In this document: positions 40,464 to 52,479 of the stretch, in pieces
Position numbering within the stretch: the first letter of the stretch is position 1
Layout: every line of letters starts with the position of its first letter
Assembly: GCF_018977255.1 (NCBI RefSeq)
Contig: NW_024704742.1
Location: 91,824,001-91,888,000, forward strand
DNA: 64,000 nt
Origin: Callorhinchus milii
Lineage: Eukaryota
Direction: 5' to 3'
Program-made: the position numbers and the translations under genes
The notes under the pieces: model-generated
The model's database searches: none
The model's input: the letters and a program-made list of their open reading frames with translations, nothing else
What the model was told of the DNA's origin: nothing

Positions 40464-40699
40464 GGTTTCCAGGGGCTTTTACGGGTTTCTAATCTGGGAT
40501 CCGCCGGTTGCATCGGCTCCGCCCGTCAGCTGTGACTGACTGTCCGGCCGTGTGGGGCTCGGCTCAGCTCCGCAGAGACCCTCTCCATTGGTATGTGTAT
40601 TTATTTATGTTTACTCCGGGTTCCCGCTCTGGGCGGGTGTTCCCGGAAACCGAGCCGAGCCGAGCCGGTCAGCCCCACTCACCATGGCTCAGGGGTGAG

Positions 40700-41436
40700 G
40701 GTGTGAGTGTGTGAGTGAGTGTGTGTGAGTGTGTGTGTGAGTGTTTGTGTGTGTGTGAGTGAGTGTGAGAGTGTAAGTGTGAGTGAGTGTGAGTGAGTGT
40801 GTGAGTGTGTGTGTGAGTGTGAGTGAGTGTGTGAGTGAGTGTGAGTGTGTGTGTGACTGTGTGTAAGTGTGAGTGAGTGTGAGTGAGTGTGTGAGTTTGA
40901 GTGAGTGAGTGTGTGTGTGTGTGTGAGTGTGAGTGAGTGAGTGTGTGTGTGAGTGAGTGAGTGTGTGAGTGTGAGTGAGTGAGTGTGTGTGTGTGTGTGA
41001 GTGTGAGTGAGTGAGTGTGTGTGTGAGTGAGTGAGTGTGTGAGTTTGAGTGAGTGAGTGTGTGAGTGAGTGTGTGAGTGTGAGTGAGTGAGTGAGTGAGT
41101 GTGTGAGTGTGAGTGAGTGAGTGAGTGTGTGAGTGAGTGAGTGAGTGAGTGAGTGTGTGAGTGTGAGTGAGTGAGTGTGTGTGTGAGTGAGTGTGTGTGT
41201 GAGTGAGTATGTGAGTGAGTTTGAGTGAGTGAGTGAGTGTGTGTGTGTGTGTGAGTGTGTGAGTGAGTGTGTGAGTGAGTGTGTGAGTGTGAGTGTGTGA
41301 GTGAATGTGAGTGAGTGTGTGAGTGAGTGTGTGAGTGTGTGAGTGTGAGTGAGTGAGTGAGTGTGTGAGTTTGAGTGAGTGAGTGAGTGAGTGTGTGAGT
41401 TTGAGTGAGTGAGTGTGTGAGTGAGTGAGTGAGTGT
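40700..41436. repeat. (GT)n/(GTGA)n compound microsatellite
   Basis: Direct reading. Confidence 0.97.
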
Positions 41437-41616
41437 GGCACAGACTGACAGTGACTTCAGCGCCATGTGATCAGGAAGAGAAGCGATATTTCCATTTCCC
41501 CTTTTGGCTGAAGGGGAAACAAAGTTGCGGTGTGGGATGTCGGCGTTGAGAATTACGTAGTAGGTTAAAAATAACTGGAATATTTAAGGAGTGCAGCGGA
41601 ATCCCGGAGCAGAGAG

Positions 41617-41945
41617 GGACAGTCAGGCAGACAGGGCTGGACAGGCAGGACAGGCAGACAGGGCTGGACAGACAGGGCTGGACAGGCAGGACAGGCAGAC
41701 AGGGCTGGACAGGCTGGATAGACAGACAGACAGGCAGACAAGGCTGGACAGACAGGGCTGGACAGACAGACAGACAGACAGGCAGACAGACAGACAGACA
41801 GGGCTGGACAGGCAGGACAGGCAGACAGGCAGACAGGGCTGGACAGACAGGGCTGGACAGGCTGGACAGGCAGACAGGGCTGGACAGGCAGACAGGGCTG
41901 GACAGGCTGGACAGGCAGACAGGGCTGGACAGGCAGACAGGGCTG

Positions 41946-41981
<36 letters not shown>

Positions 41982-42158
41982 GGCAGACAGGCAGACAGGG
42001 CTGGACAGGCTGGACAGGCAGACAGGGCTGGACAGGCAGGACAGGCAGACAGGGCTGGACAGACAGGGCTGGACAGACAGACAGACAGACAGGCAGACAG
42101 GCAGGGCTGGACAGGCAGGGCAGACAGGCAGGGCAGGGCTGGACAGGCAGACAGGCAG
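41617..42158. repeat. GACA/GGCA/GGGCT compound satellite
   Basis: Direct reading. Confidence 0.97.
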
Positions 42159-42328
42159 GAACACCAGCTCCTCGCCCAGACCATGGTCTCCCCATGTGTA
42201 ACGGTGTCCTTCACGGACACAGGTCCTGCAGGATTTACTGTAACGTTAACAGTTACAGTCGACTTCACATTTCTCGGTGTTTCAGCCGAGGTCAGTGCCG
42301 TAAGAGCAGTGATCGAGTCCAGTCGCCC

Positions 42329-42498
42329 TGTGTGTGCAGTGTGTGTGTGCAGTGTGTGTGCACTGTGTGCAGTGTGTGTGCACTGTGTGCAGTGTGTGCA
42401 CTGTGTGTGCAGTGTGTGTGCACTGTGTGCATGCACTGTGTGCAGTGTGTGTGCACTGTGTGCAGTGTGTGTGCACTGTGTGTGCAGTGTGTGTGCAG
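42329..42498. repeat. (GT)nGCA / CT(GT)nGCA satellite
   Basis: Direct reading. Confidence 0.95.
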
Positions 42499-43128
42499 GA
42501 TGCTGACATCTCTCACAGGCATTTATTTACCAAACGCTTTTACTGGAAGTCTAGAGAATTTTTTTTTGGGGGGGTGATCTAAGACCGACCCAGTAGGCTG
42601 CTGTTTTTTTTTCTACCCAGTATGTATATGTATATATGTATATGCATAAAGCGATAAAATCTTCGATAACCGTCGTTCCGAGGTTGCAGCAACGCAGCAT
42701 GCAAATAAAGTTATAACAGATCGAGCAAGAGAGTGAGTGATTCAGCAACGAGCGCTTCACTCAGAGGTTTGTTATTTCACGAGCATTTCCCTGGTGTTAA
42801 CAGCAAAAATGAATTTGAAGTTCACAAAAGCAGAACCAAATGCTGTAGTTTTTAACATAAAAAAGCAAAGGCTGTAGCTGCATACCTCCAGCCACTCTGC
42901 CTAATATATAATGATGTCTATTTTGCGAATCCCTATCACCATATCATTTTTTTTTAAAACAAGCTACCCGGTGTCTAATACAGAAATTCAAAACTACAGG
43001 TTCTGGTGTACATTCGGTTCAGTGGTAGTGTTGTTTCACACGTGATGTTACACAGCGTTTGTCTATACATATTATGGACAAACGCTGTGTGTGAGTATTC
43101 GTCTATAATATGTAAACGTTTGTATGAC

Positions 43129-43159
<31 letters not shown>

Positions 43160-43269
43160 TGGGTATGTTTAAGTACATAAACCTCTGGCTTTAACTCCGT
43201 CAACTTTTCTGGAAACTCAGTCAGCACAAAACCAAATGGTGCTCAACCCATTATTATTATTATTAACCC

Positions 43270-43808
43270 TAGTCCTGAGCTTTTTAGCCCCGAATTTCAA
43301 ACCCCACAATGGGTCCATCACTAAACCCACTTTCTTCTACCTACAGAGCATTGCCTGTTTACCCCTAACCCCTACTGCTACTGATTCCAAAGCACCACTG
43401 CTTCATCCCCACCAAACTCCTCATGCCCATCACCCCAATCTTTGCCAGGCTGGCTCTCTTCTAAAGATCTATTTGAAGATCCTCATGCTAACCTATACAT
43501 CCCCTCATGCCCATAGCACCTTCCTATCTCTGTGATCTTCTCCTAACCCTTTCCCCTCAGTGAATTCAGACTATAGGTGATAGAGCCATCGGTTACTACC
43601 GTCCTAACCTCTGGATTCCTTCCTCGCTATTCCTCCCTTGCTCCCTCTCTATCAGTCTTTAAATCCTGCCTGTAATCCTACCTCTTCTACCACACCTACT
43701 GCCCAATCAACCTCCCCTGTCTCCCTTACTCTGAATCCCACTCTCTCAGAGGAAAGCTTTCTGAGATGCTATTTACCTGAAGGGCATGATATCAATACAA
43801 GTTGTTAT
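43270..43808 (+). mobile_element. Degraded L2 3' fragment
   Basis: CCATCACCCC, TTGAAGATCCTCATGCT, tail AATACAAGTTGTTATTG. Confidence 0.65.
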
Positions 43809-44687
43809 TGAAACCTTGAGCCATGATTTTGTTACCTCAGTTTTAATGAATGTGCTCTCCTTTCCAGTCTCCCTATTTCAGTTTACCGGTAGCTTCAACT
43901 GATCCACACCTTTGAAACCTAAGTCATCTCCTGATTAAAGCTTTTATTAAGCTTCACTGGTTTTTAGTATCTCACATCATCAAGTTGAAGATCTTCGCCT
44001 TGGTCTACAAATAGCACACAAAAACAGACGTCGCTGGAAGTCACTTTCCCAATGACTTCTCTTTTTGTTTTCAGATTTGCAGGATCTGCATTACTTTGTG
44101 TTTTGTCTACAAATAGCACCACAGTCTCACTCCATTTACCTATACAATCTTCTCCAGCCCTACGTTCCAGCTCAATCCTCTACTCTTCCAACTCCACCTT
44201 TTCCCTTCTCCCCAACATCAGTTGCCAAACCTTTAGCTTTCATGTCAATATCCTCTGAAACTTTCTTCAAAAATGACTTGCTTTGCTTTTTATATATAAT
44301 AAAGAAGTGCTTCCTCCCTAACTTTTAAGCCTTCTGAACATGTTGATATCTGTTATTTTGTGGCTCAGTCTCACCGTTATATTTTGTCAAACAATTTGAG
44401 ACATTCTTTTAGCTACTGTTTACAAGTGCAAGTTGTTACACCCAAGTCGTGGTAATGTTTGTCTGTACATGAATTATACGGTTGCCATTACTTAGCTACA
44501 GGATTAAGATTTCAGAAATATCAGATGGTTTGTTCTGATTTTATTTTGAGAAGTTAATATACTCAGTGGCTCCATTGTCATCTATAATACATGGGATTAT
44601 TGAGGGTCTCAGAGTAGTAACCAATCAATTGAACAATGTTTTCAGTGGTGAAATGTGATGCAGCACAATCCTACAGATAGTCTACAT

Positions 44688-45020
44688 AATAATAATAATC
44701 CTTCCATTTGATATAGTGCCTTATCACGTCTTCAAGACGTCTCAAAGCACTTCACAGAATATACTGTAAAGTGAATTGACTGTATATTTATGGGCGAAAT
44801 GTGGCAGCCAATTCCACACTGCAGTATCCCACAAACAGTCATTGATCAGTGACCAATTTATTGTTTCTTTTTGAAGGAACTATTACCCCCGGAAAGGTGA
44901 TCCGCCAATTACCAGCTTCCTACTTACTGCTATGTAATCAGAGGAGTATGGAGTAAGGAAACTTGCCCAACGTTTCTCCCTGCCGGGAATCAAGCCCAGG
45001 TATCTAACTTGCGAGGTGAG
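44688..45020 (-). mobile_element. Family A SINE, 5'-truncated head
   Basis: Reverse tail and body. Confidence 0.85.
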
Positions 45021-45277
45021 CCGGATGTCTGGCACGTAGAGAAATCCATCATCATGCTTAAGAGTAACCCAAGCTGAAATTTCCATGCATCCCAACTACA
45101 CATGGAAATCCAGAGATACATTGTTGGAATGGAATGTGCACTCTCTCCCTGGAGGGACGATTTCTGCTTACCTAATTCCAAAAAGGATCAGTACGGGTTT
45201 GAGCCCTCACTAGGTGGATGTCAGGTAACAAAATCACCCTGCAAGCTTCCTGGTGGGCAACACAGCTCAGCATGAAA

Positions 45278-45503
45278 CAAAACACAAATTATTGCAGATG
45301 CTGGAAATCTGAAAACAAAAACAGAAGTCTCTGGGAACACTCAGCAGGTCAGGCAGCATCTATGGAGAAAGGAAAGTGAGTCAACATTTCGGGTCAGTTC
45401 TGAACTGACCAAAGGTTTTAGACCTGAAACATTGACTCACTTTCCTTTCTCCATGGATGCTGCCTGATCTGCTGAGTGTTCCCAGTGGCTTCTGTTTTTG
45501 TTT
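45278..45503. mobile_element. Palindromic Penelope-like-element-derived insertion with 16-bp target-site duplication
   Basis: 83-bp inverted arms at 45313-45395 and 45421-45503; direct repeat ACAGCTCAGCATGAAA at 45262-45277 and 45504-45519; resembles the common chondrichthyan GCAGATGCTGGAAATCTGAA…CTCAGCAGGTCAGGCAGCATC hairpin repeat as recalled. Confidence 0.8.
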
Positions 45504-47452
45504 ACAGCTCAGCATGAAATACGTGAGAACATTGCCACCAGTGGAGGTGCAGAGGCTGAAGCAGCATCTTCTTCCTCTCCCCAAGCCAATCATAGTGGAT
45601 TCCAGGCACTGGATGAACAAACGTGCGTTCAACAATTCGGACAGCCTTCCAGCAGCTGTTGCCCAAAGCCTCAGAGATTCCTCGTCAGCTATCTGGAGAA
45701 CGTCAGCCTTCGGTGTGGTGGGAGGACCTTTACAAGACAGCTTGTGATGTGCTAACCATCTTGATTCCTAGCAGGTATTCTTGGAAGTATGGGCTATCCC
45801 ACGGCAATAAAATAAGGCACATGACAATGAACAAGGAGTTTTATTGTTCTACAATAGTTTATCTGGTGCCAGGTACTGGCAAGCCCATTTCCTCTTGTGA
45901 TTGTAGATAGAGATGCTTTCGTTGAAGTCAGACGAATATGACTGTTTTTATTTTGTCAAGCGAGGAGGCTATCTCGCCATCATCAAGTACATGGGAGTTT
46001 GCTGTCTTCAGTTTCCAGAGTAAAACTAAACTTTACACATCATTACAGAGGCTCCGGAGGATTTATAAAGCTCATGTGTTTATATTCAAATGAGTCGTTA
46101 AGTACATTTTAAAGATTGAGAATGGAAAGCAAACCAGGGGATTGATTGTTTTGTCCTTGCTTTTGGGAGAGAATTCCACCATAGACTTAAAGTAATATTT
46201 TAAGAATTATAATTTTGGTCTGTGATCCAAAAAGGAAAAAAGGCATCTTAGAAACTGTAGGAAACTGAGTTTATCTCCTACAAGACTGGGACAGCAAACT
46301 CTTCAGTGGCCTCAAGGATCTTACCCATTACCACATGCTTTATGATCATGCCTTCGGTTACCCTCCCATCCTGCCCTCGCTGCTCTCCATCCCTCCTGAC
46401 CCTAATCCCCAGCTCGGGTCTAAATCCCTGACTGCCTAATGCCTTGAGATGTCCTTCCAATGTAAAAGATGCTGTACAAATGTAATTTGTTGTTGTTTCA
46501 ATACAATTCAAACAAATGGGATTAAAGACTGTATCAAATGAGTTTGCGGTATCTTGACTCAAGCTTATAATTTCATAAGACTGCTCAAAATTGACACTAA
46601 ACTAGTATCTCACCTAGAGGGACCACAGGGATGATAAATAGAAATGTTGCCTCGGTGGAAGATGGGTTGTTGAAACTTCCAATCCGTAACTTTTATAGCA
46701 TTTCTACAATGGACTAGTGGAGGCATAATATTGGAAGAAAAATGTATTGTGCACGTTACCTTCACAGTTTGGGCATTTAATAAACCGTCCCTTTCCAAGA
46801 ATATTTCTGCTGCATTATAGCAATCAAAGTGTATTATTTTAATATTAGCAGCTGAATATTACCATATTTAGAATTGAGTTTTACCTAAAACTTATCAAAT
46901 ATAAGTAGTACTTCTAATTTATGAAGAGTCTATGAATTGTTATTAAATATGTGCTAACAGTCATGCATAGATATATACAATCAAAACAAGTCCCTAAATT
47001 CATATACTGTAGTTTGTAAATAAATACATAGTCCATAAATAAATGGAAACAGGCATGCATACAACACATTGATAAATGCATAAAACATGTGTAGTCCATA
47101 GATTGAAGCAAACAATAAAAATTCATAGATAATATATGTTTCATATACAGTCCTCAAATAATACATAAAGGTAGTAGACAAATACAGGGATATTTTATAT
47201 ATTCTGTACATTCCTTAGTTACATATATACAGTCCATAGATTCATCTATTCATGATATATTCATATGTATATTGATACAGGATAATTAGATTTTATGTAT
47301 TAAACCCTAAAATGGATGCGCACAGCTGACAAATTAGTGCATTAATATGTACATAAATGTACAGACCTGAAATACTATTGAGGAATGAGACAGTTGCCAA
47401 TGGGTGTACCGGTAATTCAAATGGAGGGGGGGGGCGGAGAGATGGTAGTCTT

Positions 47453-47768
47453 ATAATAATAATCCTTGCATTTGATATAGCGCTTTTCACGTCTTCTAGA
47501 TGTCTCAAAGCGCTTCACAGAATATACTGTAAAATGAATTGACTGTATATTTGTGGGTGAAATGCAGCAGCCAAATTGCGCACAGCAGTGTCCCACAAAC
47601 GGGGAACTTCATAGATTGAAGTGATCAATTTATTATTGTTTTTTTCTTGAGAGATTATTATTGGGCATGTGGAGTAAGGAACCTTGCTCAGGGTTTCGCC
47701 CTGCCGGGAATTGAATCCAGGTCTCTCGCTTGATATCCGAGTGCTCTAACCACTGAGCTACAGGACTC
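47453..47768 (-). mobile_element. Family A SINE, short subfamily
   Basis: Reverse tail and head; middle segment deleted. Confidence 0.85.
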
Positions 47769-47805
47769 TGTCTTGATATCACAAACACAAAATTGAAGGT
47801 ATTTA

Positions 47806-47980
47806 CAACAACAACTTGCATTTATTTAGTACCTTTCTCAGAGTGCTTAACAGTGACGGAAACTGACGCAGAGCCAGGAGGTGATCGTATGCATGGTTGA
47901 AGAGGAAGATCTTCAGTTATGATCTACAGAACGGGAAGGAGGAAGCAAGGTGGAGGGATTGGGGAGAGAATTCCAAAGCT
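47806..47980 (-). mobile_element. L2 3' end
   Basis: ACAACAACAACTTGCATTTATTTAG tail. Confidence 0.7.
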
Positions 47981-48849
47981 TCTTTAGAATATCATCAGAA
48001 TCACAGGGTCTGAATTACTGCTCTCTTACCACTCAATGCTGTGCATTTCATGTTGTTTGAAATACAATATTTTATTTTTGATTGTAACTACCGCATTCTG
48101 CATTTGGTTTGCCAGTCATAATCGAGGCATGTGAAATATGCGTAAGATCAGAAAAGATGATAGTGGCATAGAGGATAAAGAAATAATGAATACCATGGTG
48201 GAGATAAATGCTCATGCCACATGCTTACTTTATCATTGTTGAATCATCGGTAGAGAAGGGAGTGGCTTGAGAGAAAAAATAGCAGAGGCGTATCTTCCCT
48301 CCAGTCAGAGTGTCTTAAATGGGATGAAGGAGTGAGTTAAACGGGAAGATGAACGTCTTAGAGATAATATACCTATGGCAAGATTAGTGCTACAGTTGTT
48401 CTGGGTCTAATTCCTGGTCAAAGAGAACATAGCAGGTATTATTTTAGAAGGCAGTATAGTGCTCAGAGTAGAATAACTACGATGCCACTGATTGCCCTGA
48501 CATCCAGATCTAAAGCAGAAACAGGAGTCACAGTGTTAATTTAGCAGTGCATTGCACCCAGGATGTAATCCCATTGACTGCTTTACATGCTCCAGGAATT
48601 TTCAAAATCTGAAATGTATTTTCTTTCTTTAAGAGTAATTGCGTGCAGTCATCACCCGAAAACCTCCAAAATATCAAATGTTTGCACAGGTTCATTTGGG
48701 TTGAAAAAGGGTAAAAGGGAGAGGGAGAATATAAGCTTAAGGGCGTGCTGGAGGGTGGCTGGGAATGTAGGCAGGAGAGAAACATATTGGTGGACAAGGA
48801 GGAAACCTGTGTACAATAGTACAGTGCATGTCTATAACTTATCAGACGG

Positions 48850-49117
48850 TGGCTGCTCCCTGGCTCAGTTAAACTTGAGGTCACACTGTTGCCCTGAGTA
48901 AATACCCAGGAATTGATGCTGTCCCTCAATCCCTCCAAATTGCTTCCTCTTTCTCCCCACTTTCAAATCCCGCCTAAAGACCTTCCTTTTTAATCGTGCT
49001 TACAGTCACCTTCCCCCTCCCTCTTCCCCTGTCTTAGAGTCAAACTCCACCACTGTCAAGCACTCTTATGATGCTACCCAATGTGAAAGGTGCTATATAA
49101 ATGCAAGTTGTTGTTGT
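48850..49117 (+). mobile_element. L2 3' end
   Basis: TTCAAATCCCGCCTAAAGACCTTCCTTTT…TGCTATATAAATGCAAGTTGTTGTTG. Confidence 0.8.
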
Positions 49118-49932
49118 GTGGTTACCAGTGAATCCCGATTGCAGCTTAAATGACAAAATAAATAAATCAACATTTGAATAAAAATCGAGGGAATGCAAAA
49201 CCACCGAATGTAGAAATAATTACTTTGAAAGAACCCAATGCAAACAAACTGAGACAGGGGAAAGGGGAAAATTCAGGTTCAAAACAGATTCAGGTCTCTT
49301 GTGACTTTGATGATCCCTTATTGCAAAACTACCAGTGCTTTCCTTAAGTGCCCCATTACAGTCCTTTTAAGTGGAATCAGCAAGTGACTTTATTGTCTTT
49401 ACATCAACAAATACTGTTTTGAAGTGAATGATTCAAAACATTGAAGCTTATTTCCCTTTCTCTTGTGTATAGCTCAAAGTGAAGGTCCTTCATGGGGGAG
49501 AGGGCGATGACACAATTGTAATCAAAGTAATAATATGGGGGAAGATTTATAGATTGCTGCTGTAAGGTGCATTCAGAACGAAGTCCAGCATGCCCAAGCA
49601 TTTGGGGGTGGGGGCGGGGTGGGAGTGGGTCTAGCATGCCAAACATGTTGATGGGGGGCTTAGAAATCATAACTTTCCAGCACTGCCACTTTGCTCCTCC
49701 TCGTGTACATGGGTACACTGAAAACAATATGACAACATTCCCACACGACCTCCTGTATTTTCATGAACAGAGAATGTAAATCTATGTGGTAGGCAATGCA
49801 AACAATGAACCATTCAATATACAGTTATATTAAACATACAGTGTGTCAGGCTGCTGTGAACACTTCTGTTCATCAATAGACAGTGGGAAGATATTAGAAT
49901 GTCTGTCTCTATTTAACTTGCCGGTTAAAAAT

Positions 49933-50265
49933 ATAATCCTTGCATTTGATATAGCACATTGTTGAGATGTCTCGAAGCACTTTACAGGTACACTGTAAAG
50001 TGTTTGACTGTATTTTTTTAAGTGGGCGAAACACGGTGGCACACAGCAATATTCCACAAACAGCTATGAAGTGAGTGACCGACCAACTTAATTTGGGTGA
50101 ATGTTGGCTAGAACACCAGGAGAAACTCCCTTCTCTTTTCGAATAGTGCCATAGGATCTTTAACATCCACATGAACAGGCAGCGGGGACCTCAGTTTAAA
50201 GCCTTATCCAAAGGACGGCACCTCCAACAATGGAACGCTCCCGAAGGACTGGGCTGGAGTGTCAG
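49933..50265 (-). mobile_element. DeuSINE-type SINE
   Basis: Reverse tail and Deu core. Confidence 0.8.
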
Positions 50266-51062
50266 TAAAACCTGAAAGTTCATAAGGAGGAAAGGTGGAT
50301 CCGGTCCAAATAATGAGAGACTGATATATTCTGATTGATTGAAAGATACATTGTTAAATTGACTTATACAACAACAACAAAATTACATTTATAGCGCGCC
50401 TTTCACATCGGGAGGACGTATACTGTCATTTTCACATATTATTACAGGTGCAATTCAATACTGGTAATAATTTGTCAGATTTATTATTAAAGCTACATTT
50501 TACTTGTCAGAAAAACTGAAATACTTTCACATATAGTTGAAATCCATATGTTGATATTAACAGTGTATATTTATCTCAGCGGTACAACTATCTGCTTTTC
50601 AAACTCTATCTGTCGAGATACAAATGTATGCAAATATGACAAGATAAAGATCAAGTAGACATCCGTTTTTGCTTTCTACCATTCTTAATATTTGATAGCT
50701 GAGCACATGATCCAGTGCTTCTTGATTCATCTCACGATTGGTGCCACATTTCAGAGTATTACATGATCTATTTTATTGAGTAAAATTGTGATAATAATGA
50801 TATAGCGAATTTCATATCAGGAGGGTATACCTCAAAGCGCTTCACAGAGTTCATTGTAAAGTGTAGTGACTGTGTATTAGTGGCAGCTAATTTGTCCCAC
50901 AAACAGCCTGCAATATCCCATAAGACAGCCATAAAGTGAATGATCAATTTTATAAATAATAATCATCTTAGCATTTGATATAGCACCTTATCACATCTCA
51001 AAGCAGTTCACAGACTACTGTAAATTGTTTTTCCATCTACAAAGACAAAAGTAAATAACAAT

Positions 51063-51423
51063 ATAATAATCCTTGCATTTGATATAGTGTCTTATCACAT
51101 TATTGAAACGTCTCAAAGTGCTTCACAGTATATACTGCAAAGTGAATTGACTGTATATTTTGTGAGCGAAACGTAGCAGCCAATTGCACCCAGCAGTGTC
51201 CCACAAATTGGATTGAGTGACCAATATTTTTATTTTTGAAGGGATTATTACCCCTGGAAAGCAATCTGCCAATCGACTAACAATTGTTCTTATTTACTGC
51301 TAGGTAAACAGGGGTGTGTGGAGTAAGGAAATTTGCCAAAGGTTTTGTCCCACCCCAGGAATCAAACCTGGGTCCTCTTGCTTGCAAGAAGAACGCACTA
51401 ACCACTACTCTATGGGACTCCAC
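51063..51423 (-). mobile_element. Family A SINE, full length
   Basis: Reverse tail and head. Confidence 0.88.
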
Positions 51424-51429
51424 ATCCTT

Positions 51430-51690
51430 ATTCAAAGGATTGTAGGCCAGGATAGAGGAAAAAACTCCCTTCTCTTTTTAGAATTTTGCCATGGCACCTT
51501 TAATGCTCACTGGATTAGGCAATGAGACCTTGGTTTAACATCTCACCCGAAGGAATGCACCTCCAACAGAACAGCTTTCAAACCACACTGGAGTGTCAAC
51601 CTAAATTATGAGCTCAAATTCTTGAACCTGAAACCACAAACTTCTGACTCAGAGGTGTGAGTGCTGCCGATTGAGAAAGGTGGACACCAG
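51430..51690 (-). mobile_element. DeuSINE 5' part
   Basis: Reverse Deu core and head. Confidence 0.7.
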
Positions 51691-52479
51691 TGATATCAGT
51701 AAATGTGAATGAATGAAAGGATATGCTTTTTTATGTATTCAAAATATTGTAACTTCTCCTATATAACCAATCACAGCAACTCATCTACGCGTTCTCTTCA
51801 CATATGCCCACGTTTCGCCCACAAAGTATAGTCAATTCACTTTACAGTATATTCTGTGAAACGCTTTGAGACGTCTCGCAGATATAAGGCCCTATATCAA
51901 ATGCAAGGATTATTATTATATACATTCACCTATGTGAACTGTTTGCCTATGTGACTGCACTTTACACTATAGTTTGTGAAGAGCTTTGAGACTTCCTTCT
52001 GACGTGAAAAGTACTTTATGAAATGCGGATTACTATTATTAAACAGCTTAGTTTCCTCCACCTTTACACAAATTTAATTCACTTTTGTTTTAAATCCTCT
52101 CTTCAAAAGTTGCAAGGCAAAGCTGGGACAGATAGAGAGAGTGGAGTGTGTGTGTGTGTGTGTGTGGGGGGGGGTAGAGCGTGGGGAAAAAAAGGACAAC
52201 TCGAGCTTTTCTCTTTATTTTTCTGTGCTTTTTTTTAAAAAAAAACATGATTTACATAAAATAGAAATATTTGTTAAAAGTCGCACGAACAGTGATGGCA
52301 TTATTTTTACCTGGAGGTTTGGGGCCAGGACAGCAGGGGAGAGCGACAACTCCCTTGTCTTTTTACACTAGGAATCTATATATATATATATATATAGTAA
52401 CAAAAAGTAACATAGCACATCCCTTTATATATATATAATGTATACAAAACAGCCCGCATCTCTCTGTGTGTAAAAAAAA

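Larger units (their letters stand above)
36300..43200. promoter_or_regulatory. Distal CpG-retaining, SINE-poor block (candidate enhancer or lncRNA region) 10-16 kb upstream of KLF4
   Basis: CpG is visibly more frequent than in the flanks and only one SINE tail remnant is present; contains EGR (39589), STAT (40640), FOX (40608) and KLF/SP motifs. Confidence 0.5.

Noticed and set aside
42160..42330. Protein-like reading in both directions (e.g. STVTVNVTVNPAGP)
   Set aside because: Short, flanked by satellites, no recognisable family and no partner exons
39725..42582. Long ORFs of 180-328 aa (ARHGT, PCRAV, THSL and GQADR repeats)
   Set aside because: These are translations of stop-free simple repeats open in several frames on both strands, with no domain or gene structure
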